A program made the position numbers and the translations under genes. The notes below the pieces were generated by a model. That model worked only from the letters and a program-made list of their open reading frames with translations, was not told the DNA's origin and did no database searches. A stretch of DNA of 64,000 nucleotides from the NCBI GenBank assembly GCA_003427395.1, contig BFEA01000013.1, positions 5,475,039 through 5,539,038 of the forward strand, in the 5' to 3' direction. The stretch's first letter is position 1. The number at the start of each line of letters is the position of its first letter. This DNA is from Chara braunii. Lineage: Eukaryota > Plantae > Charophyceae. Below are positions 13,087-23,599 of this stretch, one piece after another.

Positions 13087-13423
13087 TGTCACTATAGCTA
13101 CCCTGTCAGGCTGGTGGGCAACCAGCAGCTTAAGTTCGGCCAGTAAGGACCTCAGGAATTCTTTAACGACGCAGACAGGACGTCGTGCCTACTAAGATCT
13201 GAAGGTTCGCTCTCAAGACGTACAACTTCCCACTGCTTCAGCAGTGGTTCGATTGTACCAGCCTTAGGGCTAGACCAGTTGTTTTATGAGTGCTCGCCTC
13301 TCATGCCCATGCTTCATACTTTACGGGTGATACATCCAGCTGTCGAGTGTCTAGCCTAGACATGACCTGCTTCATGCACATGTGTCTGACCAGATGCTGA
13401 CTGAAGACAAAATTAGATTGTCA
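13087..13423 (-). repeat. Candidate short LTR of the 10638-13013 element
   Basis: A TGTCAC...TTGTCA-bounded segment lies just upstream of gag. There is no second copy and no canonical PBS to confirm it. Confidence 0.25.
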
Positions 13424-13792
13424 CCAAGGGTTCTATTGATACTTGCAACCGCACGAGCCGCACCCGCACAGATCGGATCCGTGCGGAGATCGGTACGGGG
13501 GGTGCTCGATCTCCGCACGAGCCACACCCGCACAGACCGGATCCGTGCAGAGATCCGTACGGGGGGTGGCCGTGCGGAATTTTTTTTTTTTATTATTGTT
13601 TTTATTTTTTTTTAGAGGGGTCCGAGAGGTGTTACCTGGAGGGGTTATAGTACGACCTGGAGGACGACTAAGGAGAGTGGAGATGGAGGAGGAGAAGAGG
13701 TGGAGGGAGGAAAAGACCGTACATGAAACCCTAAAGTGCTCTGTACATCAAGCCCTAACGGCCCCTGCGCATCAAACCCTAAAGGACCGTCT

Positions 13793-13847
13793 AGATCAGC
13801 GTGACCCCTGCGCAAGGATGACAAATACAAATCGAGAAAAGGTCGAA
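13793..13847 (+). pseudogene. U6 snRNA 3' fragment
   Basis: AGATCAGCGTGACCCCTGCGCAAGGATGACAAATACAAATCGAGAAAAGGTC matches the U6 3' half. Confidence 0.8.
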
Positions 13848-13860
13848 CAACAAAACCAGG

Positions 13861-13953
13861 GTCCTTCGGGACATCCGACGCAATGGGAACTACACAGAGA
13901 TGATTAGCATGACCCTGACGCAAGGATGACACACGATTCGAGAAAAGGTCCAA
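13861..13953 (+). pseudogene. Near full-length degenerate U6 snRNA copy followed by poly(A)
   Basis: GTCCTTCGGGACATCCGA...GGAAC...ACAGAGA.GATTAGCATG.CCCTG.CGCAAGGATGACAC...TCGAGAAA.GGTCCAAA follows the plant U6 sequence end to end. A17 replaces the Pol III T-run. Confidence 0.88.
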
Positions 13954-14103
13954 AAAAAAAAAAAAAAACCTCGATAGATTGGATTATTTTCGAAATTTTG
14001 ATACCTAGGTGGGAGAGGAGGAGGAGGAGGTGGACGGCGAGGAAGGGGAGGAGGAGGACGAGTGGAAGGAGGAGGGGAAGCATGCAGATGAAGGGGAGGT
14101 GGA

Positions 14104-14140
14104 GCAGAGGTCGTGCTAATCTTCTCTGTGTCGTTCTCAA
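14104..14140 (-). pseudogene. Antisense U6 fragment (left arm of a hairpin)
   Basis: The reverse complement is TTGAGAACGACACAGAGAAGATTAGCACGACCTCTGC. Confidence 0.85.
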
Positions 14141-14143
14141 TCT

Positions 14144-14214
14144 TTGGGAACGATACAGAGAAGATTAGCACGAACTCTGCGCAAGGATGACACGCACAAA
14201 TGGAGAAGAGGTTG
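14144..14214 (+). pseudogene. 5'-truncated U6 copy with poly(A) tail (14215-14231)
   Basis: GGAACGATACAGAGAAGATTAGCACGAACTCTGCGCAAGGATGACACGCACAAATGGAGAA. Confidence 0.9.
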
Positions 14215-14328
14215 AAAAAAAAAAAAAAAAACTCGACAGATTCGACACCTGTGGGAGAGGAGGAGGAGGAGGAGAAGGAGGAGGAGGAGGAGGACGACGA
14301 GAATGGAGGACGAGGACGAGAGATGGAG

Positions 14329-14395
14329 GACGATACAAAGAAGATTAGCACGACCTCTGCGCAAGGATGATACGCACAGATGGAGAAAAGGTTGG
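14329..14395 (+). pseudogene. 5'-truncated U6 copy with A tail
   Basis: ACGATACAAAGAAGATTAGCACGACCTCTGCGCAAGGATGATACGCAC. Confidence 0.88.
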
Positions 14396-14399
14396 AAAA

Positions 14400-14476
<77 letters not shown>

Positions 14477-14484
14477 CACACCCC

Positions 14485-14862
14485 GGTGCGTAGTATGTTC
14501 GAGCGAAAGATTCTTTCGATTTTGCTCATCCTATCAATCGAAGTATCGTGAAGCTAGCTGCGAGGTGCGTAGTATGTTCGAGTGAAAGATTCATTCGATT
14601 TTGCTCATCCTGTCAATCGAAGTATCGTGAAGCCAGCTGCGATATTGGAGACTGATCTGTTCTCTCTCTACACACACACACACACACACACATAGACACA
14701 CCCCAGTGCGTAGTATGTTCGAGCGAAAGATTCATTCGATTTTGCTCATCCTATCAATCGAAGTATCGTGAAGCCAGCTGCGAGGTGGGTAGTATGTTCG
14801 AGCGAAAGATTCATTCGATTTTGCTCATCCTATCAACCGAAGAATCGTGAAGCCAGCTGCGA
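14485..14862. repeat. Four copies of a 79-bp unit (two dimers separated by CT/CA microsatellite)
   Basis: Units start at 14485, 14564, 14705 and 14784 and read GTGCGTAGTATGTTCGAGCGAAAGATTCATTCGATTTTGCTCATCC...GCTGCGA. Confidence 0.9.
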
Positions 14863-14880
14863 TATTGGAGACTTATCTGT

Positions 14881-14940
<60 letters not shown>

Positions 14941-15011
14941 ACAAACACACACAAACACACACACACCTGGGCAAGGATGACACACACCTGCGACGAGGAG
15001 GAGAGATGGAG

Positions 15012-15075
15012 GACGATACAGAGAAGATTAGCACGACCTCTGCGCAAGGATGATACGCACAAATCGAGAAAAGGT
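15012..15075 (+). pseudogene. 5'-truncated U6 copy with A-rich tail
   Basis: ACGATACAGAGAAGATTAGCACGACCTCTGCGCAAGGATGATACGCACAAATCGAGAAAAGGT. Confidence 0.9.
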
Positions 15076-15243
15076 AAAAAATAATAATAAAAATTGACAG
15101 ATTCGACACCTGTGGGAGAGGAGGAGGAGGAGGACGACGACGAGAACGGAGGACGAGGAGGAGAGATGGAGGACGAGGAAGGGGAGGAGGAGTAGGACGA
15201 GCTGGAGGAGAGGAGGAGGAGGAGGAGGAGGCAGGGATAATGC

Positions 15244-15281
15244 CTGTCTCTTATACACATCTAGATGTGTATAAGAGACAG
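15244..15281. other. Nextera mate-pair junction adapter (assembly artefact)
   Basis: Exact CTGTCTCTTATACACATCT+AGATGTGTATAAGAGACAG, i.e. two back-to-back Tn5 mosaic ends. Confidence 0.99.
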
Positions 15282-15418
15282 GAGTACAACTGGAAACAGG
15301 TTTCGAAAATTCGAAACCTCGCGCTCCGGCCTCGAGCGCGGCCCCAAAATTTTTTTTTTTGGCCTTGGCAACAATTTTGGCGGGGGGCCTCCGATGTGTC
15401 GTTTCGACCCCTGCCATT

Positions 15419-15451
<33 letters not shown>

Positions 15452-15477
15452 CGCGCGGTGGGGTGGGTGTTTCTCTT

Positions 15478-15508
<31 letters not shown>

Positions 15509-16120
15509 GGGGGTCGGGCCATTCCCCGCACACCTCGTGCGCCGCGCGGGAACGGTCGGGCCCGTGCGCCGGACGTAGGGAAACTCGCGCACGAGGTGCG
15601 CTTGCAAGTATGGTTCTATCCAGCAACAGCGAGACCAAGGTGTGGGAACATACCATGACACAGGGCTTAGGGGGGCAATGCACTTCACTTGTGAACGTTC
15701 CTTTGATGAAGCTCTGCGTTCCTCGCATGCAGGTACTCATCATCCCCCAACCTGTCCGCTTCGTCTTCGGCCTCCAGCCCCAACTCCAAATCTCCTTTCG
15801 CCCACCTTAATCTTGCCAGCGTTCATCATCAGCAGATGCAGCGAGTACCAGCTCTGATTTCCAATTGCATTGAGCCTCACTGCTCGTCACCTTGTGCATA
15901 TACATTGAGAGATCACACGAAACCCACACTGATGCAAAGCCCAGAAAAGCGCAGCTTAGGAATTCCAGCAAATTATCATATTAGACAGTTTTTTCCAGTC
16001 ACCAAGCGCTCATCAGCGCAGAGTTCAACAACCCAATTCGAACATCCTCATCTAAGGTAGGTGACTCTACTCTCTCTCATACTCTGCCTCACTCTCTCTC
16101 CCTGTCTCTTACTTGTTCAT

Positions 16121-16182
<62 letters not shown>

Positions 16183-18692
16183 CTCAAAGGTCTTGACTCT
16201 GAATACATCTGCTGCTACTCAGCCCTATCTCCTACTACTAGCTGTGCGGCTATGGCCCGCCTTCCCTCTCAGCACAGCGCTGCCCAGCAGGGCTCTCTCG
16301 CATGCCACTCACAGATAGTGCACAGGCGCTTCAGCAGCACTTCCACACTTCTCACGAACTAGCAATCTGTCCGAAATGTGGCTGGCCAGTCCTTATATTG
16401 ACTTGGACTGGGTCTGGACTCGTCCCAGCCTCTGGTTCCTTTGGCTCGACTTGGATCTGGTACCACATGCCCACAGCCTGTTTGCCTCAGAATGTCGAGG
16501 CCTGGTACCCTTACAACTTTCTCTTGGTGTGCTGCTGCTTAGGACTGTAAGTCACAACTTTCCATCTGTGGGATGTGCCCCTTTGTCTATGGGACATGAC
16601 CTTTGCCTGTAGAACATGCCCTTTGACTTCGAGACATGACTTTTGCCTGTTGGTCGTGACCCTTGCCTGTGGACTATGACTTTTTCCCTTGGGATGTGAC
16701 TGTTGACCGGGTACATGTTGGACTTTTGATCGGGTACATGTTCTGAAACTGGCCGACGCGGCCTCCTTTAGCCTAAGGACTTGACCCTGAGATTCAAATT
16801 TGGCGTGTGCATCGTGGAATGCCTTTCGGAAACCGGGTCCAGCAACACTTCCGTCCATTATGGCCAAGGGACCCTGGGACAACGACAACCGCTGTTTCGT
16901 GGCTTCCAGGTCCTCCTAAAGCATTCCGATTCTCCAATTGCTTGCTTGCTTGTCTCAACCTTCGTGGATGCCTGGTGTCTTCCTGGACTTCTATTGCAGA
17001 TCTGATCACACTGGAGATAGGCTGGAAGTCAGCATCCTCCTTTATGCCATCTGTTTCCCTCCTGCCTGTGTCCCTGCACCCTTCCATGCTCTGTTTACTT
17101 TTTTCCATCCACATAATCCCCTCATTCCTGTCATGTTCTGCCTGGTGTTGTCCCTCTTGATGCCAATTCTCATTTTTGAGACTCCTGCCCATGAATTGTG
17201 CTATATGCCCTTGCATCAGCCATTCCTTGTCGAGTGTTACCATATCCTCTAGATTTTGAGGGATGAATTCTTATGCCACATTTTTCCATTCTGACCTGAT
17301 GCCTGCTTCCATTATTCGTTGTGCTTTGTCCCGTACTGCTTCCCAGTGAGCTCTCATTCATAGATTATAGATGATTTTATTACATTATTATCTAGGCTAC
17401 CAGGCGGGCTGCCCGGGTCGCCCTGTTTTCTCGGGCGGCCCGACCGTGCAAGGACCAGGGAAGGTCCCAGCAGAGAAAAATAAAAATAAAAATAAATCCA
17501 AAAACAAACTATGTTATGCAGAAAACTAAACTTAAAAACTTTTTCCTCAGGGTCACATCCAAATTCTTTACCAAATTGTAAATAAAAAATAAAATTGAAA
17601 AATAACTCTTATCTTTTTGCTTTTTTATTTGTTTTTGGATTGTTTTGTGCGCGGAATGAGCCCTCACAGGACCTTTATCAGACATGCACATATTCTAGGC
17701 TGATGCCTTCAGCAAGCCCCATGGCCACAGTGGCCATTTGTAGTGACCACTGACTGTTGCTTCTTCATCTTCAAATCCAGCGGCTGGAGCTACACCACAA
17801 CCGCCACCTGCCCCACCAGCGGGACAGCAACAGCCTTGGTACCCCAAGACCCCATTGAAACCCCTCTCAACCTTCTCATGGGATAAGAAGGATGATGCTC
17901 TCGACACTTGGTTGAGAACCGTGCCAATGTGGGTGAGGGCGAAGAGGACGTTGGTAGAGGAGGAAGTGATAATTGCCGCCTCCTATTTGGAGGGTTCGGC
18001 ATCTCAATATATGCCTGATGTGGGTTGTGCCTCAAAGGGTTTCGTTCAGGGACATGGGTGATTGGGCTAAGACCCATACCCTAGAGAGCTATGCATTTGG
18101 TGGAAGCGCGATGGCACAACCCACATCAGGCTTAGATTGCCACTGATGGGTTGCCGAAACTTAATGCTAGAAAGTAAAGTACAAGTCTGTGCGCGAACTC
18201 ACCACTGTTGTAGAACGTTTGATTGTCGTCCCCGGGTACGATATGATCCGCAGGTCTTGTTGACCATGTTCTTGTGGTGTCTTCCCACAGACATCAAGAA
18301 TTTATTAGCCAGTGAGGCTGATTGGAGTATCACATCTTGAGACCTTTAGTAAGAAGGCTCTAGACTTGAAGGCCACACTAGGAGGTGCTTAACAACTCCT
18401 TACGGATGGAAGAAAGAAGAAGAGTCCACACGAGTGGAAGAAGAAGGGGAGTCGATTGATGATGGTTGAGGCCGATGGTACTCGGACCGAGATTGAGGAC
18501 TTCTCAGGTCTTGTGGACGGTTCAAAGTTAGACAGTGAGGATAATGCTGAGGGTAGCAACCTCATTGCGTTGGTAAAAGCTAAGGCAGGTGTCCGCAGCA
18601 AGGGAGGTCAACAAAGGAGGGAGGGGCAAACCCCGAACCCAAACAAGATAGCGGTTTGGGTTAGAGCAGGTTTGGATCAAGATGTGTGGCGG

Positions 18693-20185
18693 TGTCGAGC
18701 GTATCGGCTCCCGCCTTTTTGCAAAGCGTGGGAGCCCTCCTGGCCATGTCACGCATGAGTAAACATAACATAACCAAGAGACAACTCTGGAATGACGCAA
18801 GATAACCTTGTGAACCGCCAAGGCGGACGTGGTCGCGTCGTCCCTTCGCCGCTCTAGCCGGGTGCGCCAGCTATACTTCCCGCAGTCCCCTACGATAGGA
18901 TAGGTTCGCGAGGGGCACATCTTGCCTTCCCTAAGGGGTTGTCACCACCCTTAGGGGTGTATTTTTACCGAGCTAGTGACCCATATGCGAAAGTTTTTAG
19001 ATGCAATCGCAGAGGTAGATCAACCGGGGGTGTTTGCTCGTTCGTTGTAGTATAGATACACTTGGTTAATGCCAAGCGGACCCGAGCGTCGTCCGTCCCT
19101 TAGGGCGCTGATCTCCTAAGTACGAAGCGGACGTCGGTCGACTAGGACGGTCTCAACCAAGCGTGAAACCCATACTATCCTAGTCCCTTTAGACACCAAT
19201 CAAAAAAAAGTTATAACAACCATATATAATTACATCAATGGAGTCTACCATAGTTGACGAGAATATACCCAAATTGAAATGACAACTAAAAGAATTTGAA
19301 ACATCATACGGTACATCCAATAACACAAGATCGAAATAAAATCCAACCTCCCCGAGTTGAACTCCACAAAAATCATACAGCCGCCAATGAGGAGTTGGCT
19401 TTGGACAATAACATAGATGCAGCCGACAAGGTAGTCATACTGCCCCTGTTTTGACTTGATGAGATGTGCTGCCAAAGGCATTCATTCCATCCTACCGCCG
19501 ACCTAAGATTAGGCACGCATACAATCTTCTTCATACGTTCCTAATCTTTTTGGATGACAAGCTGCTTTGCGGATAATTCTTGATCAGGTGCATTGCTTGA
19601 ACTATTGCATGCCTCTCTCTTTAGGAAGTGGTTTAAGGTACTCCTCCTCCTCGTCCGAGCACAAGACTCGGATCTCAGAAGTCGGGCCGTCTCCACCAAA
19701 TCGGCAGAAGACCCCCCTGTAGAAAGATCCACTCTGGGTTGATAACAGGGTCGGCTCCTAAAGCAACGAACCCCCGCCCCAGATGCTTCCCAGAGAAAGA
19801 GAATGTGTCCACTGCTAGTAACTTTCAATTATTCTCATTTCTTCGAAGTTAAGGGTAACTTAATCAAAGAAAGTCGGAGGAGATAAAAAATGAGAACCAT
19901 TTGGACAGGTAGAGGTAGATAAGGTCATTCAGGATAGAAAGGATCATTCCTCGGGAGAAGACTAATTCTTTATTTTCACCCTCATTATATTCACAAGTTT
20001 TCGTTCACGACACCCGTTGAAATTATTCACTTCAAAATTCAAGTACTTTTGTCATGCAGGCATGTGAAACATAGAAAAAGGACAATTATTTTCTTCATTT
20101 CCAATAAGCACAATCAATCTCCTTTGCGACCATCCTTCTACCTACCTACACAACACGCAAAGAAAACAAGTTCAAGAGAAAACCA
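18693..20185 (+). mobile_element. Non-coding insertion, probably an LTR fragment of another family
   Basis: It interrupts gag abruptly at TGTCGAGCGTATC, which resembles the LTR start TGTYGGTGCGAATAC at 27046 and 42663. Integrase resumes near 20186. Confidence 0.45.
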
Positions 20186-20901
20186 GTGCAATCCCATACA
20201 CAAGAGATTTTGCGTATCTTGTTTTTAGGTGAGTGCCATGACGCAATAGGACATTTCGGCTACAAGAAGACTAGTACTAACTTGGTACAACAATTCTGGT
20301 GGCCTAACATGCTTGACGATGCGATGACCTACGTTGGACTTGTCAAGTCTGTCAGCGGGACAAGCCGCGGACTCAAGCCCCTCTTGGGTTACTAAAGCCT
20401 TTACCCATTCCTGCTGGTCCGGGCAGAGTGTTTCCATGGACTTCATGGATACCCTCGTGACCAGCAAGAGTGGCAAGAGGCAAATCTTCATCATAGTTGA
20501 TAGGTTCACCAAGTACGCTAGACTAATCGCCATGCCAGAGACTGGCAGGACTGAGCACGCCATCAAGCTATTCATGGATAATTGGACGTCATCAAGCTAT
20601 TAATGGATAATTGGGTGCATGACTGCGGTCTGCCAAAGACAATTGTTAGTGATAGAGATGTCCGATTCACTATCGAGATGTGGAAAAAGACTGCTGAAGC
20701 GATGGGCAGCCAGCTCCAAATGACTTTTGGGAATCATCCCGAAGCCAATGGGCACAGGCTGAACAGATAAACTGCGTGGTGCAACATCTACTGAGGCATT
20801 ATATCAAGCCCAACCAGGATCACTAGGATGAGAAGTTACCTCTCATCGCCAGTCTGTACAACAATGCTGTACATAGCACCACCGATGTCAGTCCTAATCA
20901 G

Positions 20902-21306
20902 GTGCATCTGGGGTGGAAGTCTTTAGACATTGTGGGTAGTGATTTGGATGGTCCCTCGTACGTGATTCGAATCCCTGGTCACCTACGTACTTACCCTATG
21001 TTTCATGCCTCAAAGCTTGCACCTTTCGTTGAGACACAGCAATTCCCATCAAGGAGATCAATGCTGCCCCCAACCATGGATGGTCAAGTGGACGTCGATG
21101 ATATCTTGGAACACAGAGATATGCCTGTTCCCAAGCCAGCTCGGCGAGGAAGACCGCCTAAACCTATGAGAGAGTACAGGGTACGGTTCAGGCATCGCAC
21201 GGATCCTAAAGAAGATCGATGGTTCACAAGAGAGGAACTTGTCAAGACAGCTCCTCAGATTGTGGCCAATTACGAGCGAAGATTGAAGGGGAAAGCACCA
21301 GCTTGA
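20902..21306 (+). pseudogene. Integrase C-terminus (GPY/F region) plus chromodomain
   Basis: YPMFHASKLAP...VDDILEHR...EYRVRFRH...EDRWFTREEL. Confidence 0.85.
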
Positions 21307-21344
21307 AGCATCTCAATGGACTTTCGAAGCTAAGGGGGACGGAA

Positions 21345-22433
21345 TGCGAGGAATGAGCCCTCACAGGGCCCTCATCAGATATGCACATGTTCTGGGCTGA
21401 GGCCCTCAGCAAGCCCCATGCCGCCCTAAGTGAAGTCGGGCCCGAATATTCACCAGAGGCCAAAATTTGACATTTTCCATTTGTGGGTACTCAGGCAGTT
21501 GCAGTACTCCAGTTGGTTGAGAGGAAACGTGAGCCTCCCTGTGCTGCGTCATACAGTTGGGCCCAGGCCTCGGAAGTTGCGCCTGGGCTTACACGCACAC
21601 AATGCAAGGCAGACACATCACAAATTGGCTACTTGCCTACGAAAAAGCAGCATTGTCAACGGACATACCCTGGGTCCTGTGCAAGTGCAGCAAATGGCCC
21701 AAGTCTGGAAACAGTGGTCGTGCCCAACTGTAAAGGGCCCAGGCCCTCAACTGCATAGCTGAGCCTGGGCGCAGGCACTTGGGCCTGACCAGACGCTACT
21801 GGAAGCTTCCCAGCCAGGCCACACACAGCCAAACAGAGGCTGCCACTTCCATATAGGGAAGGAGGCAGCCAGGGTCAGGCATGCTGGCCCATGCAGGCAA
21901 TGCGGTCACGCTGCTGCGTTGCTGCGTGAGACGCTGCATGCTGCGTTAGTGGCCAGGGCGCGTGTGGGGTGAGGTGAGAGGGGCACTGCTGGGCAGCGGA
22001 GAGCAAGCAGCCATAGCCAGGCTGATGGGCGGTAGGGGGTAAAAGGGCAATCAGTGGTCTTCAGGAAGGAGGCGAGTGTGGGTGGCCATGGTCTGATGAG
22101 GGGAGACAAAATACGTACGTGGTGCATGAGGGAGGTCGGCTATGGTGTTGACGTCATGTACATTGGTCTTTGAAGTTGAAGTGAGCCTGTTACGTGAATG
22201 CCGATGTAGGTAGGATAGGCAAGTAGTGTAGACTGGGCGCTGGGCGCCAGACAGAGAGGAGCGAGATCGGACACTGTGTTGGTGTGGCCTGAGGGCTTGG
22301 ACATTGGCTCGTGACTTCATTGTATTGCTCTTATTTGGATGGATTCTCGGTGCATTTGTGCCCTCTGCTTGTACACGACTACTTGGACATCTGTGTGATT
22401 TCGCAACATGGCTTTCTGTTTATCGTTTCCGCA
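21345..22433 (+). repeat. 3' LTR
   Basis: It starts TGCGAGGAA right after the PPT. The end TTTCCGCA at 22433 is tentative. Related blocks occur inverted at ~9560-9970 and ~44230-44515. Confidence 0.6.
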
Positions 22434-22560
22434 CATATTCCTTGCTTATGTAATAGATTAATAATGATATAAATAATAATCATATAAAATGTCATTGATA
22501 TATATATATATATTGACGATATATACTCTTTTAGTTTGTAGCGATGTGACAATATATATA

Positions 22561-22662
22561 AGTTGGTGAAACTTCGACAAAACAGTTTGTCACAGCCCCG
22601 CGTTTGTTGTCCTCTTCTCTCTCTCTGCCTGCGGTTTACCGGGCAGTTCTGTTTGTGACGAT
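22561..22662 (+). repeat. Third copy of the ~100-bp hammerhead-like unit, embedded in (TA)n
   Basis: It is a close match to 9208-9310 and is flanked on both sides by ATATATAT. Confidence 0.8.
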
Positions 22663-23599
22663 ATATATATATAAACAAATGACTGGGTAAGCCGATGAGT
22701 CTGCAAGCTGGGGTTTTATGGTTCCAAAGCATTGGGCTGCCTGCCCTTCCCGTGTCACTATAGGTACATGTACTTGGGATTTCTGGTTTGGACCTTTTCT
22801 GCAGACATTGTAGCAATAGAGTACCATCAAGAGAGACTGCTTTCGGTAATCGGTTCTTAGATAGCTTCCTTTTTTTTTTTTTCTTTTTTTTTTTTGAAGT
22901 CCAGGGTGTTGTAGAGGCCAGTTGCTAGGCGCACATTGATCGTCGGACGCGGTCAGCCATGGTCGCTCTGAGGAGGCGGGGCCACCATCCCATCCTCACG
23001 TCAATAGACTCAATGCTCCTAGCGCATCCCCTATCCCTACTTTCCTACCTCAGTGTGACCAGCACTCAGGACCATCACCCTACGTCGAGGGGATGGTGAT
23101 TTTGTAGGTCATTTTGTAGGCCTTTTTTCAGTCTTTTTACTTTTGTTTCTTGTTTTTTTGGTTGGCCATCTTACTCTTAGGGCTTACAGAGACCTTTGGC
23201 TACAGGGGAGTGGCTCCACCTGACAGAGAAGGATTGGAGACCTTGCGGCCCCTGAATCTGGAACTCTTTGTATCTTGTGTATATTGCCTTGGATTCCGGG
23301 CCCTAATTATAAAAGATTTTGGTTTAAAAAAAAAAAAGCAAGAAATGACTATTGGAATATTGTATATTTTCTGTTTCCTAATTGTATGCTTGCACCTGGC
23401 TCTCAGATCACCCACATGGATGTGTTCTTCAAACGTTGGTTGCCAACCGGATTGCCAACCGGATGTCCGGATCTCCATCCAGACAGTCCACATCTGGATG
23501 TACGCGTCCGACGTCCGGTTAGACCCCTTCTTTAAAAAAATTGAATTTTTTTTCTGGGCTCCCCAGGCCATTTTCCAGGGCCTGGGGGCCCCCGTAAAA

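Larger units (their letters stand above)
13438..15612. mobile_element. Non-autonomous hAT-like TIR element carrying U6 snRNA-derived repeats
   Basis: TIRs are GATACTTGCAACCGCAC (13438-13454) and the reverse complement CATACTTGCAAGCGCAC (15596-15612), matching 15/17. The 8-bp TSD is GTTCTATT (13430-13437) / GTTCTATC (15613-15620). GC-rich subterminal GCAC/CCGTGC repeats occur at both ends. Confidence 0.75.
17648..22433 (+). mobile_element. Decayed, internally deleted chromovirus-type Gypsy element (LTR stub, gag, integrase-chromodomain, PPT, 3' LTR)
   Basis: The LTR stub at 17648-17724 matches 21345-21420. Gag lies at 17855-18690 (LDTWLRTVPMWV...ASYLEGSA) and integrase at 20186-20900 (CHDAIGHFG, SMDFM...IVDRFTKYA, SDRDVRF). 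The PPT AAGGGGGACGGAA precedes TG at 21345. Confidence 0.85.

Noticed and set aside
13861-13953. Functional U6 gene
   Set aside because: It has many substitutions and indels, ends in poly(A) instead of a T-run terminator, and has no visible USE/TATA promoter.
15244-15281. Tn5/IS50 insertion or horizontal transfer
   Set aside because: It is the exact synthetic back-to-back mosaic-end adapter, with no transposase.
8242-16318. Low-complexity ORFs (poly-ER, SL, CV, P, F)
   Set aside because: They are translations of (GA)n, (CA)n, (GAG)n and poly-G tracts.
21355-21385. Hammerhead on the minus strand (CTGATGA plus hairpin; also ~52110-52137)
   Set aside because: No GAAA follows stem II.
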